DNA of 64,000 nucleotides from Narcine bancroftii. Lineage: Eukaryota. The position numbers and the translations under genes are program-made. Under the pieces are notes generated by a model that was not told the origin of the DNA, did not search any database, and saw only the letters and a list, made by a program, of their open reading frames with translations. Positions 36,666-50,640 of this stretch are shown one piece after another (positions within the stretch are counted from its first letter, which is position 1; every line of letters starts with the position of its first letter). The stretch is taken from contig NC_091469.1 in NCBI RefSeq assembly GCF_036971445.1, forward strand, positions 9,362,001 to 9,426,000. The letters are read 5' to 3'.

Positions 36666-37269
36666 ATTTTTTTGTGTGTATGCATATGCACTGTAGTCTG
36701 GAGAAACACTGATTTGGCTGGTTGCATATGTGTAGTCAGATGATGATGATAAACTTTCTTGCCAATTATTTTTGGATGTCGGTGGGCTTCCAATATGTTT
36801 CAACTCAGGAAGATGCTCCTCAAGATTGGATATCATGGATTTGGACCTTATCCCAGATGGAAATTCACCATGAAGCCTGCTGTCCATGTGAGATCAAACA
36901 TCATCTGTCCGACCCACACCAGATCAGAGCAACACCTGTAGATGAATATTCTCTCCTTTGGTTTTGGGTTTGTTCTCCACTCTCCCCTCCTCTCTCTGCA
37001 ACCTCTGTCAATACCACCGAGTGCTAATGCCTCTCCAATGTTAAGTTTGTCCATTACATGTGTTCTTCACTGCCAATGTTCAGTTCTAGGTTTGTTTTCT
37101 CCCTCCCTCTCTTGTTAAGGTTATTTTCTCAATTTTTATTGAATTACAATATTTTTAGCCATGTGTTCAAAATCTCATTGTTTTCTTTGGTGTCAAACAT
37201 TGTTGATTATGCTCCCAAGAACTGATTCAGAATATATTACTCCTTGAAAGACCCAGCGTAGACATTATT

Positions 37270-38330
37270 GGTGTCCAGTGGTGAAAGGTTGACAGACAGA
37301 AATCAGAGATCAGCAAGAGATATTTAATCTTCAAGTTCCTGGGAGTAAACCTCTCCAGCGACCTAATCTGGACCAACCTCATTGGCATGATGGACAAGAA
37401 AGTATGCCAATGCCTTTATTTTTTTGAGAAATCTAAGCAAGTTTGGCATGTCTCCCTTATCTTTCAATGACTTCCACAGGGGCACCATAGAAATCAGACT
37501 TGTAGGATCAACCACGTGTGGTATGAGCACTGTTCTGATCAAGATTGAAAGAACAGCAGATGGGAGTGAATTCAGCCTAGAACATCACCCAAACCTCCTT
37601 CTCCTGCATGGACTCCATCTATATCTCCCACTGCTGAGGAAAGGCAGGCAACGTGCTGAAAATTAATCATGTAGGGGAAAGTAACCCCTATCTTGCCAAC
37701 ATTTTACAGGGATACAGTTGAGTGTCCTGTCTGGCTGCACCATTGTGTAGCATGGTACAGTCAATACAGAGGACCATCAAAATGGCTGAGACGATCACGG
37801 AGATCCTCCATTTCCACTATTGACAACACTCACTGAGACCATTGCTTAAATGAGGCTCAAAGAATTATTGAGAATTCCTCCTACCATCCATCACACAGAA
37901 TTATTGACCCACTACCATCAGGAAACAGGTACAGGAGTATCAAAATGAAGACAGCCAGGCTGGAGAGTAGCACCTTTCTGCATGTTGTGAGATTTATGAT
38001 TAGTGTCCTGTAATCTTTTGACTCTTATGGTTGAAATGGAGTAAGTTATTACAGAATATCTTAAAATATTTATTTTATACTATATTTTTATGCATGTAAA
38101 TATTATGTTGAGAAATATTTTGTGTGTATGGGTGTGGAGAACGCTGTTTTCACCTATTTATATATGTGCAATCAAATGATAATGAACTTGAACTTGAAGG
38201 ATCCCTCCCACCCCGGACACATTCTCTTCTCCCTCCAGCCATTGGGAAGAAGGATCAAGAGTGTGAAAGTGCATTCTAAAAACTGTTTCTTCCCTGCAGT
38301 TGTGAGGGAATGGACCCCACCACAGAAATA
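37270..38330 (+). mobile_element. Nested Rex1/Babar-like 3' fragments
   Basis: FKFLGVNLSSDLIW; LRNLSKFGMSP; HPGHILFSLQPLGRRIKS...NCFFP; (cttgaa)n tail. Confidence 0.65.
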
Positions 38331-38479
38331 TGATGCTGGCCTTGTGTTTTATTGTAACTCTAAATTGTTCTCGTGTGTTTCAACTCCATATAGCTGTGTG
38401 AATGTTAGAGTTAGCCTATTTGATTGCTGACAGGAGAACCCTTCTCAATGTCACAGGTACAACATAACAAATAAACTTA

Positions 38480-39025
38480 AAACTTCAGATTCAGAATTTA
38501 TTATGAACATGCTGCAAAGTTAATTGTTTTGCAGCAATGTTATAAGACAAACATTGCTATAAATTACATTTCAAAAATAAAGAGTGCAAGAAAGTAGAAT
38601 AGAGTGAGATAGTGTCTGTGGTCATTGTCCATTCAGCAATCTGCTAGTAGAGGGGAAGAAGTTGTCCTTGTGCCGCGGAACGGTCATCTTCAGGATTCTG
38701 CACCATTTTCCTAATGGTAGCAGAGAGAAGAGGGCATGGTCTGGGTAGTGGAGATAAAGGCTGGTTTCTTCGGACACCACCTCCTTGTAGATGTCCTTGG
38801 TGGACTGAAGATTGGTACCCATGTTGTCGTTGGCCAAGTTAACAACTCTCTGGAGTTTTTCTTTCTGTCCTGTGCATTGGAACCTCCATACCAGATAGTG
38901 ATCAAACCAGCCAGAATGATCTCCATGGTACACCTGTAGAAATCTTTGAGTCTTTGGTGACATACGGAAACTCCTCACAAAGTATAGCCACTGGCAAGGC
39001 GTTTTTCATTATGTGTTGGCATGGA
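38480..39025 (-). mobile_element. Rex1/Babar-like 3' fragment
   Basis: RSFRMSPKT...KLQRVVN...HPDHALFSLLPLGK...NFFPSTSRLLN. Confidence 0.75.
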
Positions 39026-39524
39026 GCGCCAGAAAAAGACTTGAGTATTAAGTCATAACAATAAGTAGAGACTGCTGTTATTTACAACAATTTAAAAGAG
39101 AAGATGGAGTGAATTTATTAAGTTTATTGAAAACAAACCTTTCAAAAGGCAGCAGAATCCACAGAGGATTATGAACTGGAAAAAATAATTTGGCAAGAAG
39201 CTGTCAGATTGTGTGTGCTACAGGATTGTGTGAAAATACTCTTTAACAGGAAGAATGAAGAAATAGTTATTTTTAAAGGATGAAAGAAAATGAGAGCTCG
39301 TTCCCAGAGAAATTTAAGAGTGCTTCAATTGAAACTGAACAAGTTTATTCTGCATGCAGTGTGAGCAATTAATAAGTCAAATGGTGTGTTGGTCTTTGGA
39401 GGAAAGTTCACTGTGAAGGGAGCTTTGCTGTAGTTTTATATAGTTTTAATGAGACTGCTCTGGAGAGCATGTGTTTTGGTCTGTCTAGTATTTGCCTTAG
39501 AAAGAATTCTTCACTTAACTGGAG

Positions 39525-41115
39525 CAGCACACAGAATGCCAGAGGAACTCAGTAAGTCAGGCAGCCTCCATGAAAGGTAAGAGACAGTCGACATTTCAGG
39601 TTGAAACCTTTCATCGGGAATGGCAAGAAACAGGCAGAAGCCCAAATAAAAGGTAGGGGCGGGGGGAGTAGCATGGGTTGGCAGGTGATAGGTGAATGCA
39701 TGTGGGAAGGGGAAGAACTGTATTAAAAAAGTGATGGGAGGAAGAGGCAGAGGGCTGAAGAAGGTGCACTGTGATAGGAGGAAGGAAAGAAATGGGGTGG
39801 GGATCTGGAGGGTGAGAGTGACAGGCAGGGAGAGAGGATGGAGGAGGGGATAGAAAAGGAAAGGAGGAGGTGGTAAAGGAAAGTGGTAGGGGTTGATGAT
39901 AAAAGGAGAGGTTACTGTAAATTTCAGGTCAATGTTGATACCATCTAGTTTGAGACTTCTGAGATGGAATATGAAATATTGTTACTGTAATTTGTGGGTG
40001 AACTCAATGAGACAGTATATGATGCCATTGACAGACATGTCTGTATGGCAATGGGATTGAAATTAAAGTGGTTGGCCATTGGGAAGTCCTTGCTTTTGAA
40101 GCAGTCAGAATGAAGGTGCTCAACAAAACTATCTCCAAATCTGTGTTGTTGAGGTCACAACTGGAGCATTGGATGCAGAAGATGAGCCCTGCAGAATCAT
40201 AGGTGAAGCATTTCTTTGCTAGGAAGGACTGTTTGGGACCCTGAATGATGATGAGAGAGTAAATGTAGCATTTGGTCCAGTCACAGATATTAATGTCAGG
40301 AGAGACCCAGACATAATGAAGAGAGGCAAGGGGAAGATGTGTGACAGAAATTGCAGACAATAATATATTGGATGCAGAAGCTAGTAGTAGGTGAAGACAA
40401 GGTGAACACTGTCTTTTTATCAGGGTAAGGGCAAGAGCCAGGCCAGATGTGGGAGATACAGCAGATGTGATTGAGGGAAACATTGACAGAAGTGTTAGGG
40501 TAACCACATTTACTGAAGAAGGAGGTCATCCTTGATGTCTTTAAATAGAATGCCTTGTCTTGGGAACATGTACAGCAAGGATGAAGGAGCTGAGAGAAAG
40601 AAATAACATCCTGGCAAGAGATTGGGTGTGAAGATGTGTAGCTGAGGTAATGGTGGCAGTTGGTTGGTTTGTAAAAGATGTCTATCTTGCAAGATGCACA
40701 GACACAACAAGAAAAAGGAGAGTGTTGCCGGAGATGAACCAAGTGAACCTGAGGTCAGGGTGGAAGTTGGCAACAAAGTGGATAAAGTGAACAACCTTGT
40801 CATGGATACATGAGGCTACACCAATGTCATTGTTAATTTAATGATGGAAGAGTTGAGGAGCCTTGCTTGAGTAGGCTTGTAGCATTTATTGCTCCACAGA
40901 GCCAACAAAAAGTCAGGCATAGCTGGGACCCATGTGTCTGCACAATGCTACTCCTTTGAGCTGGAGAATGAGATGTTATTGGGAGTGAGGAAAAGTTCTA
41001 TGTGGATAAGGGAGATGGTGGAGTGGATTTGATTGGGTTTGCTATCCAGGAAGAAGTAGAGAGATTTATGGCCTTCCTTAATGGGAGATGGAAGTGTACA
41101 ACGACTGGACACATT
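39525..41115 (-). mobile_element. Decayed Penelope-like element (RT, GIY-YIG, 3' pLTR)
   Basis: VQSLYTSI, GVA...MGPSYA, IDIFYKPTNCHHYLSYTSSHP, IQGPKQSF...GLIFCIQCS; purine tract; pLTR at 39525-39625. Confidence 0.85.
39585..39622 (-). ncRNA. Near-consensus minimal hammerhead motif in a Penelope pLTR
   Basis: Minus strand CATTC-CCGATGA-A-AGG-TTTCAA-CCT-GAAATGTC-GACTG: stem II pairs and the GUC site is present, but U4 of the core is C. Confidence 0.55.
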
Positions 41116-41384
41116 CACAGTGAAAATCTTGCTTTTCCAGTTGTCGGGAGCATGTGAGATGTCCCTGATGTTGAGGGGAAGGGACTGAACAAAGGAAACA
41201 AGTTCAATGAGGCAGGAGGACGCGGAAACAATTGGCCTTCATGTGCAGTTAGGCTTGAGGATTGTGAATAGGAGGTAGAAATGGACAATGCTGGTGAACT
41301 CAGGAGCACTACAGCTGCAGGATTAGATTTTGACTTCATTAAAGACTGAAGAACATTTGAAGAAATGGGGTAGGGGAAGTCTTA

Positions 41385-42690
41385 AATCTACTCCCTGAAT
41401 CTTGAGGAAAACTTCTCATTACATCTACCAGTGGTAGCAACATGCCCACTTCTATCTTATTTATTCCTTTCATAATTTTATTTGTTTCTATCAGATCCCC
41501 TTTCATTCTTCTGTATCCCAGTGAGCATAGTCCAAAGCAATTTAATCTCTCCTCCTCTGCTAACCTCCTCATCTCCGGAATCAACCTGGTGAACCTCCTC
41601 CAAAGGTAATATATACTTTCTCAATTAAGGAGACCAGAACAGCACGCAGTACTTCAGGTACAGCCTCATCAGGGCCCTGTACAGTTGCAGCACAACCTCT
41701 CTGCTTTTATAGTCAAACCTCACTAGGTTTAAAAACTGTGATTAAATATTTGAAAGGATGTAGTCTGTTGGACTGCAAGTTATCTGGGGAAGTGAGGCAA
41801 GTATAATTTTTATATTCCATTCAAAATATGAAAGAATCATAATATCTCACAATAACTAATGATATTTAACTAAAAGAAAGAAGGACATTTGGAACGTTGA
41901 AATCTTTAGCACACCTGAAGTCCATGTTGTTGTTATGGACTAAGCAATGCGGGTTGCTCTGGGACAGATCGCATTAGGTCCAGAGGGGATTAGTTAATTC
42001 GGTACACAACTGTCTTGATAGTGGGAATCGAAGGGTGGTAGTGATGAGTTGTTATTCAAATTGGAAACGTGACAAGGAATCAGTGCTGGCTCTACCCTTG
42101 TACATCAGCTCTATTAAGAACTTGGATGACAATGTAGTAGTCTGCGTGGCTATGGATTATGGATAACACCAAAACTAGTGGAAAGTGAACAGTGAAGAAA
42201 GACGGCATGGTTAGCACAAGCTATCACAGTACCAGCAAATCCCAGCTGTCTGTGAGGAATATGTGACTCTCCCCATTACTGCATGGGTTTCCTCCGGGTT
42301 CTCTGGTTTCCATCTACATTCCAAAGATGTACAGGGTTAGTAGGTCAATTGGTCACAAGGGTGTATTTAGGTGATATGGGCTTGTGGGCCAGGAGGGCCT
42401 GTTACCATGCTGCATCTCTAAAATAGATTATCAATGATTACAACAGGTTCGAGATCAACTGGGAAAGAAGGTCAAGAAATGACAGTGAGAATTTAATGTG
42501 TGAAGTGTTGCATTTTAGTAAGTTAAATCAGAACAAGTCTTACACAATAAAGGGTATGGTTGTGAAAGGTGATTATATAGCAGAGACACCAGGGAATGGG
42601 TGCATATTTCCTTGAAAGTGGCGATGTAGATAGACTGGGTGGCAAAAAAAGCATTGGGCACACCTCCCGAGACTGATCAGTGAGAAAACT
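41385..42690. mobile_element. CR1 remnants (41385-41720 minus; 41950-42690 plus)
   Basis: MIPEMRRLAEEERL...MKGDLIETNKIMKG; ggaatcagtgctgg and ataacaccaaaact RT remnants. Confidence 0.65.
42200..42425 (+). mobile_element. V-SINE-like SINE inserted in CR1
   Basis: gctgtctgtgagga...ctgcatgggtttcctccgggttctctggtttcc...gggcctgttaccatgctgcatctctaaaa. Confidence 0.75.
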
Positions 42691-42699
42691 GAGTAAGGA

Positions 42700-42860
42700 C
42701 AATGTACAAAAGTGCTGGAGAAACTCAGCAGGTGACGCCACATCCAGGGGAAATAAAGGACAATTAACATTTCCGGTTTGAGCCCTTCAAAAAGGCAAAA
42801 GTCTACATTAAAAAAAAATGGGAGGAGGGGGGAGCAAAGGAAAGGGGTAGGAGCAAAGGC
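42700..42860 (-). mobile_element. Penelope pLTR remnant
   Basis: gtgctggagaaactcagcagg...aacatttccggtttgagcccttca followed by a purine tract. Confidence 0.6.
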
Positions 42861-43315
42861 AATAAGGTAAGGGTTTAAAGATTAAAAACTGTGTCTTTCT
42901 TAAAACAAAAACTCTGTTAATTTTGTGTCTTTCTCTTTTAAAAAGTTATTTGTAATGCTAGGATAGTGAATATGTCATAATATCTGCCCAGACTAACAAC
43001 TTGCTCATCATTCTTCAACCTGAGCACAAGAAGTCTTTCTTTGAATTTTTCTGTGTATCTCTTTAAAGTTTTAATATCTTTACATGTGTTTTATATCTCT
43101 ACTATCATATAGTAACTACTTTGTTATTCATCGTTATGAAGTCTTAATGCAAAGTTATGTAAAATGTTTATCTGTTTTAACAATGAATTAAAGCTACAAA
43201 AAGCAGCAGTCACAGAGTTGGATTTGTTGGATTAAAAAAAGAGATTGAAATTCGAAATATCATAGCTCATGCCTTTGGAAGATGATACTTTGAAATTAGG
43301 ATATATTAGAATAAG

Positions 43316-43380
43316 GAAAATGTCATCTATAAAGGGAGAAGGGAAATATCGAAAATGTCATCTGTAAAGGGAGGAGAAAT
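43316..43380. repeat. Imperfect tandem duplication, unit about 35 bp
   Basis: gaaaatgtcatctataaagggag... and gaaaatgtcatctgtaaagggag... Confidence 0.7.
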
Positions 43381-43565
43381 AACCTGAGAAGTGTTTGGCA
43401 GAGAGGGCAGAGGTGTAAGAATGATAGCTCTCTGATGGGAGAAAGAAGGATTTCTCCAGCACTTTTTGGTATGGCACAGATCCCAGTATCTGCAGATTTT
43501 CTTGTTTAACTCGTTAAGTGCAGGATTTGGGACAAATATGTTACAACTCTATTAGATGTTGTTGA

Positions 43566-44313
43566 CAGCAATGCTGCTGGAGCTGTTATAATGGTCGTTC
43601 TGCCACTGGTTCAGTCCTGGGAGAACATAGGCACAGTGCTGCTCCGAAGCGTTCAACTGCCTGGTCCTAAAGTGGTGGATACCCTAAAGGGCCTGTTAAA
43701 GGAGCCAACGGTGTTTATAAAGTAAAATCCTGCAAACGCAGGGGTCTGTGCCCAAGATGGCGGCACCTGTGCTCAGCAGCAGCTATGAAGGTTTGTAGAC
43801 TCCAGAGAGTGCAGATGAAGGCCACCAGAAATGGGAAGGAGAAGAACAGGAGGTGACCCTACAGGGAAGGTGACCATAACAGTGAACCAGCAAGGGGCTC
43901 CTTGGTTGATGCAGGCTGCAGGTGACTTGCGGTCCGGGGACTGGCTTGAGCTGTGGGCTGGTGGAGACTGACTCATGGGAACCAAGTATCAGAGCCAGGA
44001 TTCGAGAGGGTGCGGAGGGCAAGAAGGTTTCCTGAAGGACCTTGGATGCTAACGGCATCCTGATCACATGGGAAGTTTGGATCTGGAGCTAGAGTTGCTG
44101 ATGAATCAAACAGGAGTCTGTCCAGCTCCAGAGGCTACAAGAATGCTGCATGTGAACCCACAGACACTCAGTGACTCTGAAGGGCATCTCCTTTGCTTCT
44201 CTTTCTCTCTTGCTATAAGAGCACTGGGCAACACTAATGGCAAGTCTTTGTCTGCCATGGCAGGCAGAAGCAAATTTTGGGCACTATTACATGACAATAA
44301 ATGAATCTTGAAT
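43566..44313 (+). mobile_element. Non-coding non-autonomous retroposon (about 750 bp) inserted in a CR1
   Basis: CR1 sequence is colinear on both sides; internal AAGATGGCGGC; LINE-type tail tgacaataaatgaatcttgaa; no credible ORF. Confidence 0.55.
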
Positions 44314-44628
44314 AAGGCCAGATCAAGTATTGTATGGTCACCTAGCTATCTGAGAGATGTCATTGCTGGAAAATGTGCAGAGAAGATCTACAAGCAGATA
44401 TCAGGACTGAAGGCTTGATATATAATGAGAGGTGGGGTAATCTGTATATTTTTTTCCTTGGAGTGTAGAAGTCATCATTTTATTCCCCCAGGGTTAGGAG
44501 AATATGGAAACTATGGATTTGAGAGGAGAAATATTTAAACAGAAACTGAGGAGAATATTTTTCCTGAGAGGATGGTCAGTGTGTGGAAGGAATAGTAGAG
44601 GTAGGGTATGTTTAAGACATTTAGACTG

Positions 44629-44826
44629 TGATGCACCATCAATGATCACAAAAGACTGGAGTTGTGAAACTATAAGGCCTTTATTAACTATAGACTGGAA
44701 CAGCTGTCCACCTCATTGACTGATCGGGGCAGAATGGAATGGGGAGCATGCAAGGGACTATGGGTAGGATCGGTCTCGGGAGGTGTGACCAGCCGCAGCA
44801 GCCAATCATAGCAGTAGTTTACCACA
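44629..44826 (-). mobile_element. Solo LTR with a 5-bp TSD
   Basis: TG...ACCACA flanked by GACTG at 44624-44628 and 44827-44831 inside a CR1 tail; TTTATT on the plus strand gives the orientation. Confidence 0.75.
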
Positions 44827-45164
44827 GACTGGTACGTGGATAGAAATGGTTTGAAGAGACATGACCAAATGCAAGTAAATGGGACCAGATCAGGTAGGCA
44901 TTCAAAATATTGCCCAAAAGGTCTATTTTCATGCTGTAAAACTCTATATTCTGTGATACAATATCCTCTAAACAAAGATGTATCCTGATAACTAAGGAAT
45001 AGATTTGAGCAATTTGGTTTGACGTATTCAAACGTGCATCTGATTTTAAACAATTTTAATTCTTCTGTAATTGAAGGGGTTAGCTTATGAGAAAAGATTG
45101 AGTAGCCTGGGTCTATACTTATTGCACTTTGGAAGGATGAGGGGAAACTTAATTTTAATTATTT

Positions 45165-45385
45165 TTAATTTCTAAATACAGCACCATAACAGGCCCTCCT
45201 AGCCCACAAGCCCATGTTACCCAAATATACCAATTTACTGAAAAAGCCCTTGAGATTTTGGAGGGTGGGAGGAAACTGGAGCACCAGGAGAAAATCCACA
45301 CAGACATGGAAGCAATGTACAAACTCCTCGCAGACAGTGCCAAATTCAAACCCAGGTTACTGGTGCTATAATAGCATGCTGCTCC
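45165..45385 (-). mobile_element. V-SINE-like SINE inserted in CR1
   Basis: gtgggaggaaactggagcaccaggagaaaatccacacagacatgg...tacaaactcc. Confidence 0.75.
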
Positions 45386-45679
45386 TTCAAGAGGCATATA
45401 ATATTATGAAAGTCATAGATTACATTACAATGGGGATTGTTTCTACAGACAGGAAGGACTAGACCTAGGAGGCATAGCCTCAAGATTTAGGAAATCAGAA
45501 TGAACTGTTTTTTCAAGAAAGTCGTGCTTATTGTCATCAGATTATAAAAGTACAACCCAACGAGACAGTATTCTCCAGTCATCAATGCAAAACATGCAGA
45601 CAAACAACCAGACATAATACACATAGACAAACAATACAGATGCAAGACAAATTTTCAGATATACAAATATCAATAGTGT

Positions 45680-45835
45680 GGATCTTCCAGTGGTCACCCA
45701 CATAAATTCCACATTCTATTCCCTTGCTGATATGTCTGTCCGTGGTCTAATGTACTGCCAGACTTAGACCATCCATAAATTGGAGGAACAACATCTCATC
45801 TTCCGACTGGGCTCCCTCCAAATGGATAGCATTTG
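45680..45835 (+). mobile_element. Penelope GIY-YIG C-terminal remnant
   Basis: LPVVTHINST...DMSVRGLMYCQ...KLEEQHLIFRLGSLQMDSI. Confidence 0.7.
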
Positions 45836-46919
45836 TATATTCTGCCTTTCCAGGCCCAAAATGTTGGAAATATATCTTTGTCTCCGACAGATACTGAAAA
45901 GACTAGCTAAGTTGCTCCTGCATTTTGGTGTGTTTGGTGGTGCTGGCTCTGACCCTCCTGTAGCTCTTTCAGAATCTGTGAAATTCTCTGTCACAAGAAG
46001 CAGTAGAGGCTGCCTTATTAAATATATTTCAGGCAAAGTGAAGAATAAGGAAACTAAGGATAATGGGGAACAGGCAGGTAGATAGAGCCAAGTCCATGGG
46101 CAGATTAAATGGTGGAGCAGGCTCAACAGGCAAAATGGCCTAGTTCTTCCAATGTTCAAAGGAGCAGATGGAAATATACATCAAAAGTTTTCAAACAAAA
46201 GGTCTTTTATCATCCAAGAGTGAGTAATTTGAATAAGCAATCATGTGATGGGAGCAAATTGTGCATTAAAGATCATGTTTCCTGGAACACATGGATCTTC
46301 GAATATTTCATAACATTGTTATTACCTGTGGATTTTAACAATTTATATTCAAATTATATTTGTGATCACTCAGTAACATTTTAAAGTGCTTGTTGGCAAA
46401 TCTGATAAAAACACACCTTGAAACCCAAAGGACATTCTTAATTCCCTTCATCTGCCCATTAATTAGATTTAAGGAAAGAATTGGACTGCAAACACTATAA
46501 ATATGACCCAAAATGTTTTGCAAAGAGTAATAGTCTTTAATCTCTGAAGTGTTGATTAGAATTACAATAAATGAGCTTAAACAAAGAAAACAAACCAGAC
46601 TTTGAATTGCAATGCAGTGAATTTAACATCATTTTTTTTTCTCCTGTGGTAAATAGCAAAATAAAGGTCATCCAATCCAAACCAGCTATGTCAGCTAATT
46701 TTTACTAGCAAACACTATTCTGTTTGACACAATGCTGCTGGAGTCACTCAGCAGGTCACGCAGAATCTCTAAGAAGTAAAGGGTAATCAATGTTTCAGCA
46801 TTTTGTCAAGATATGATCAAAATGTTGACAGGCGTCTAAATTAAAAGATGGGGAGAGGAGGAAGGAGGAAAATCATTAGGGAGAAGAAGAAAGGAGGAGA
46901 TAGATTTTCACAATGGGAT

Positions 46920-48600
46920 GTATTCAAATTTCTGATTTATTGTCAGAGTACATACATGATATCGCATACAATTCTGAAATTCCTTTTTCCTGTGGGTGTG
47001 GCAGAATTACCACTAATTGGTAGTGCAAAAAATAAACTGTACACAGTGTAAAATGTAAACAAAGAACTATAAACAGATAATGAATATAAACAAACTGTGC
47101 AATGAGAGAACAAAAAAAATCACTAAAGTGCACAAGGAAGAATCCTTAAATTATTCCCTGAGTGAGTTTGTTGTTGAGGAGTCTGATGGTGGAGGGGTAG
47201 CAGCTGTTCCTGAACCTGGTGGTGCAAATCTTGTGGCGCCTAGATCTCTTTCCTGACGGCAGCAGCGTGAACAGAGGATATGCTGGGTGGTGAGTCTTTG
47301 ATTGCTGCTGCTCTCTGACAGCAGTGTTCCCTGTAGATGTATACAATAGTGATGTCCATGTTGGTGTTGCCATACTAGACCGTGATGCAGCCAGTCAGCA
47401 CATTTTCCACCACACCACTGTAGAAATTTTCCAGGGTTTCTGGTGTCATACCAAACCTCCCCAAACTCCTGAGGAGGTAGCAGCACTGAGTCACTTTCTT
47501 CATGATGCCATTAGTATGTTGGGTCCAGGAAAGATCCTCCAAGACAGAGACTCCCAAGAACTTTAATTTGCTCACTGTCTCCACCTCAGATCCCCCAATG
47601 ATCAGTTAATTGTAAACCTCTGGCTTTTCTTTCCTGAAGTCAACAAGCAACTCCTTAGTTTTGGTGATATTGAGTGCAAGGTTGTTGGTGCATCATTCAA
47701 CCAAAATTTCAATCTCCATCTTGTAGGTTGACTCATTCCCTTCCTTTATACAACACCCTACCGTGGTATCATCGGGAATTTTGTAGATGACCGAGCTGCA
47801 TGGTTGTAGGTGTAAGGTGAGTAGAGCAGAAGGCTAAGAACACAGCCCTGTGGTGCTTCAGAAGTGATGGAGATTGTGGAGGAGAAGTTCTTACCAATCT
47901 TCACTGATTGTGACCTGGAGGTGAGGAAATCCATGATCCAATTACATAGTGGAGTGTTAAGTCCCAGGTCTTGGAGTTTGCTGATCAGTTTTAAGGGGAT
48001 GATGGTGTTAAATGCTGAAATGCAGTTGATAAAGAGCATCCTGATGTATGCAGCTTTGCTGTCCAGGTGTTCCAGGGCTTTGTGTAGAGCCAATGAGATG
48101 GCACCCATCATAGACCTGTAGCTACGATAGTCAAATGGAATATATCCATGTCAATGATCACTCAGAAGCTTATCTGCTTCATCACCAGCTTTTCAAAACA
48201 CTTTATCACTGTTGATACAAGTGAAACTGGTCCATAGTTACTATACTCTTCTTAGGTACTGCTATGAACAGGTGGGTATCACACTCTACTGGAGTGAGAT
48301 ATTGAAGATATCTGTGAATTCCTTGGTAAATTGGTCAGTACAGATCTTTAATATTCCACCAGTTACTCCATCCAGGCTGGATGCTTCTTTCAGATTCATT
48401 CTCTTGAAGGCAGCGTGGATGTCATCCTCTGATACAGACAGGATGGGATTATCAGTGGATGTGGGGGTGGAGAGGGGTTGTTTTCACTGTTACTGTCATC
48501 AAAATGGGCGTAGAAGGGGTTGAGTTCCTCTGGGAGAGCTTTGCCCTCTGTAACTTTACTGAATTTGGTTTTGTGACAGCATTCATCAGGATTCTCTGAC
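46920..48600 (-). mobile_element. Rex1/Babar-like LINE RT plus 3' UTR
   Basis: AISLALHKALEHLD...YIRMLFINCISAFNTIIP...APQGCVLS; KFLGVSVLEDLSWTQHT; HPAYPLFTLLPSGKR. Confidence 0.88.
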
Positions 48601-49599
48601 AGGATTTGCTTCATGTGATTCTAGCTTGAGGCCAAAGCCTTGACTCCATCTCCAAGGATGTAATAAGTAAGAAGTTTGATACAATCCAGCATTAAACAAC
48701 TTGAGTGATGAGAAACATGTCCATGTTAAAGGTTACCCTTTACATCCTACAAGTGCTGCATGAGCTCTTGTGTTTCTCCAGCACTTTATCCTTTGCTCTT
48801 GACCCCAGAATCTGCAGACTTTCCTATTTAGCGCGTCGAAATTTACTGGATGATTGAGGCAGCAAAATTCAAGGGCAAGATCTTCTGTTTCACTTTGAGT
48901 GTTTCATTGTCAAGGTCATTTCTCTCTGAATAGTGGTGTGAAACAGAACTGCAATAACTGAAAAAAGATCTTTATAAAAGGTTAAAAAGTATGGGGAAAA
49001 TATTTTAAACAGTTATTAAACTTGATGTTTCATTGGTACAACATGAAAATGATAAAAGATGGAAGTGGTGAAGCCTATGCTTGGCTTACGTAAACAGATG
49101 TGGGATCTCAAAGTCAGCTTCACAGTATAAAAATATCATTTGTCTATTGCTGAAATCATCATCAAATACAATTGTCGAACAGTAATTCTTCCTGCCTCAC
49201 TCCCTGCTGCAACATATGCAGCCTTTTGTTGTCCCCACCCATCACCTCCTGGCCTTTGTCACCATCTCCACTCTCTCCTCTCTCACTTGTCTCTATTCAT
49301 CCATCAATGCCACTCATCTATTGTAACGTGGAGGATTATTCAATAGGTATGGCAGGAAGCTGATCAGGACAAAAGTCCGTTTCCATGCACTTGCAACCTG
49401 GAAGGTTATCTGACCACCCAGACAGAAAGTAGGTCAAAAGTCACCACCCCCTGTCAATCAATGTCAAACCCGCTCGCAGGTAAAGACACCACACACGTGC
49501 CACAGCTTTTACACACACTGGTGGCTCTAGGGCAGCGCAGAGAGATTGCTGTGTATTTACAAACAGTTTACCCACTGTGTTTGCAAATTGTTGGATGGA

Positions 49600-50640
49600 A
49601 TGATCTGTCAAAAATGCAGATGATGCTTCTCATATCCAAGCTTCTCAACCTGTAACATTGGGGTGAAATTACTGGTTGGAGGATTTTAATGTACTGGAGG
49701 AACAGAGATATATTCCCAAGACTTGAATTCCTCCCCACTGGCAATCAACACGAGTGCACCTCAAGGCTGGATGCTTATCCCAATGCTCTACTCTACACCC
49801 ATGATTGTGTGGCAAGGAACAATTCAAATACCATCCATAAATTTGCCAGTGACACTATGGTTGTCACCAGAATCACAGACCCCAATGAGGATGCACAAAA
49901 GAGTCAACTAGATCTGCTAGTTGAGTGATGTCACAACAACCACCTTGTCAGCAAAACTAAGTGGACTTCAGTAAAGGGAAACCAGGATAACACAAACTAG
50001 TCCTCTTTGAAGGGACAGCAGTGGAGAGGGTAGGGTGAGATACTTCAAATTTCTGGGTGTCAACATCTCTGAAGACCAATCATGAAGCAGGCTTGCCAGT
50101 GGCTATATTTTGTTAGGAGTTTGAGGAGATTTGGTAGGTCACCAAAGACTCCTGCAAATTTCTACGGGTACACCGCGGAGAGCATTCGGACTGGTGGCAT
50201 CAATTTCTGGTATGGAAATGCGAATGCAGATGACAGCAACAGGCTACAGAAGGTTGTGAACACAACCAGTGCCATCATGGACATTAGTCTTCACTCCATA
50301 AGGACATCTTTAAACACAATGCCTCAAAAAATGTAGCTTCTATCATCAAGGATCCTCACCACCCAGACCGTCCCCTTTCTTCACCATGACCACCAGGAAG
50401 GAGGTACAGGAGCCAGAGGACACACACTCAGCTTCTTCCCCTCCACAATCAGATTTCTGAATGGGCAATGACCTATAAACACTACTTCACTTATTCTCTT
50501 TTTGTACTGATTATTTATTTTTTGTCTTGTATTTACGGAATTGTAATTTATAGTAATTTTTCACCTGTAATGTACAATATTGCTACTGAAAAACAATGTC
50601 ATTACACATCCTCATTACCATAAACCTGACTCTGAACTGC
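49600..50640 (+). mobile_element. Decayed Rex1/Babar-like LINE
   Basis: INTSAPQG, YTHDCVAR...IHKFASDT, LYFVRSLRRFG. Confidence 0.8.

Noticed and set aside
36722-37027. ORFs suggesting a host exon
   Set aside because: RKMLLKIGYHGFGPYPRWKFT looks like a decayed L1 ORF1 C-terminus, and there are no convincing splice sites.
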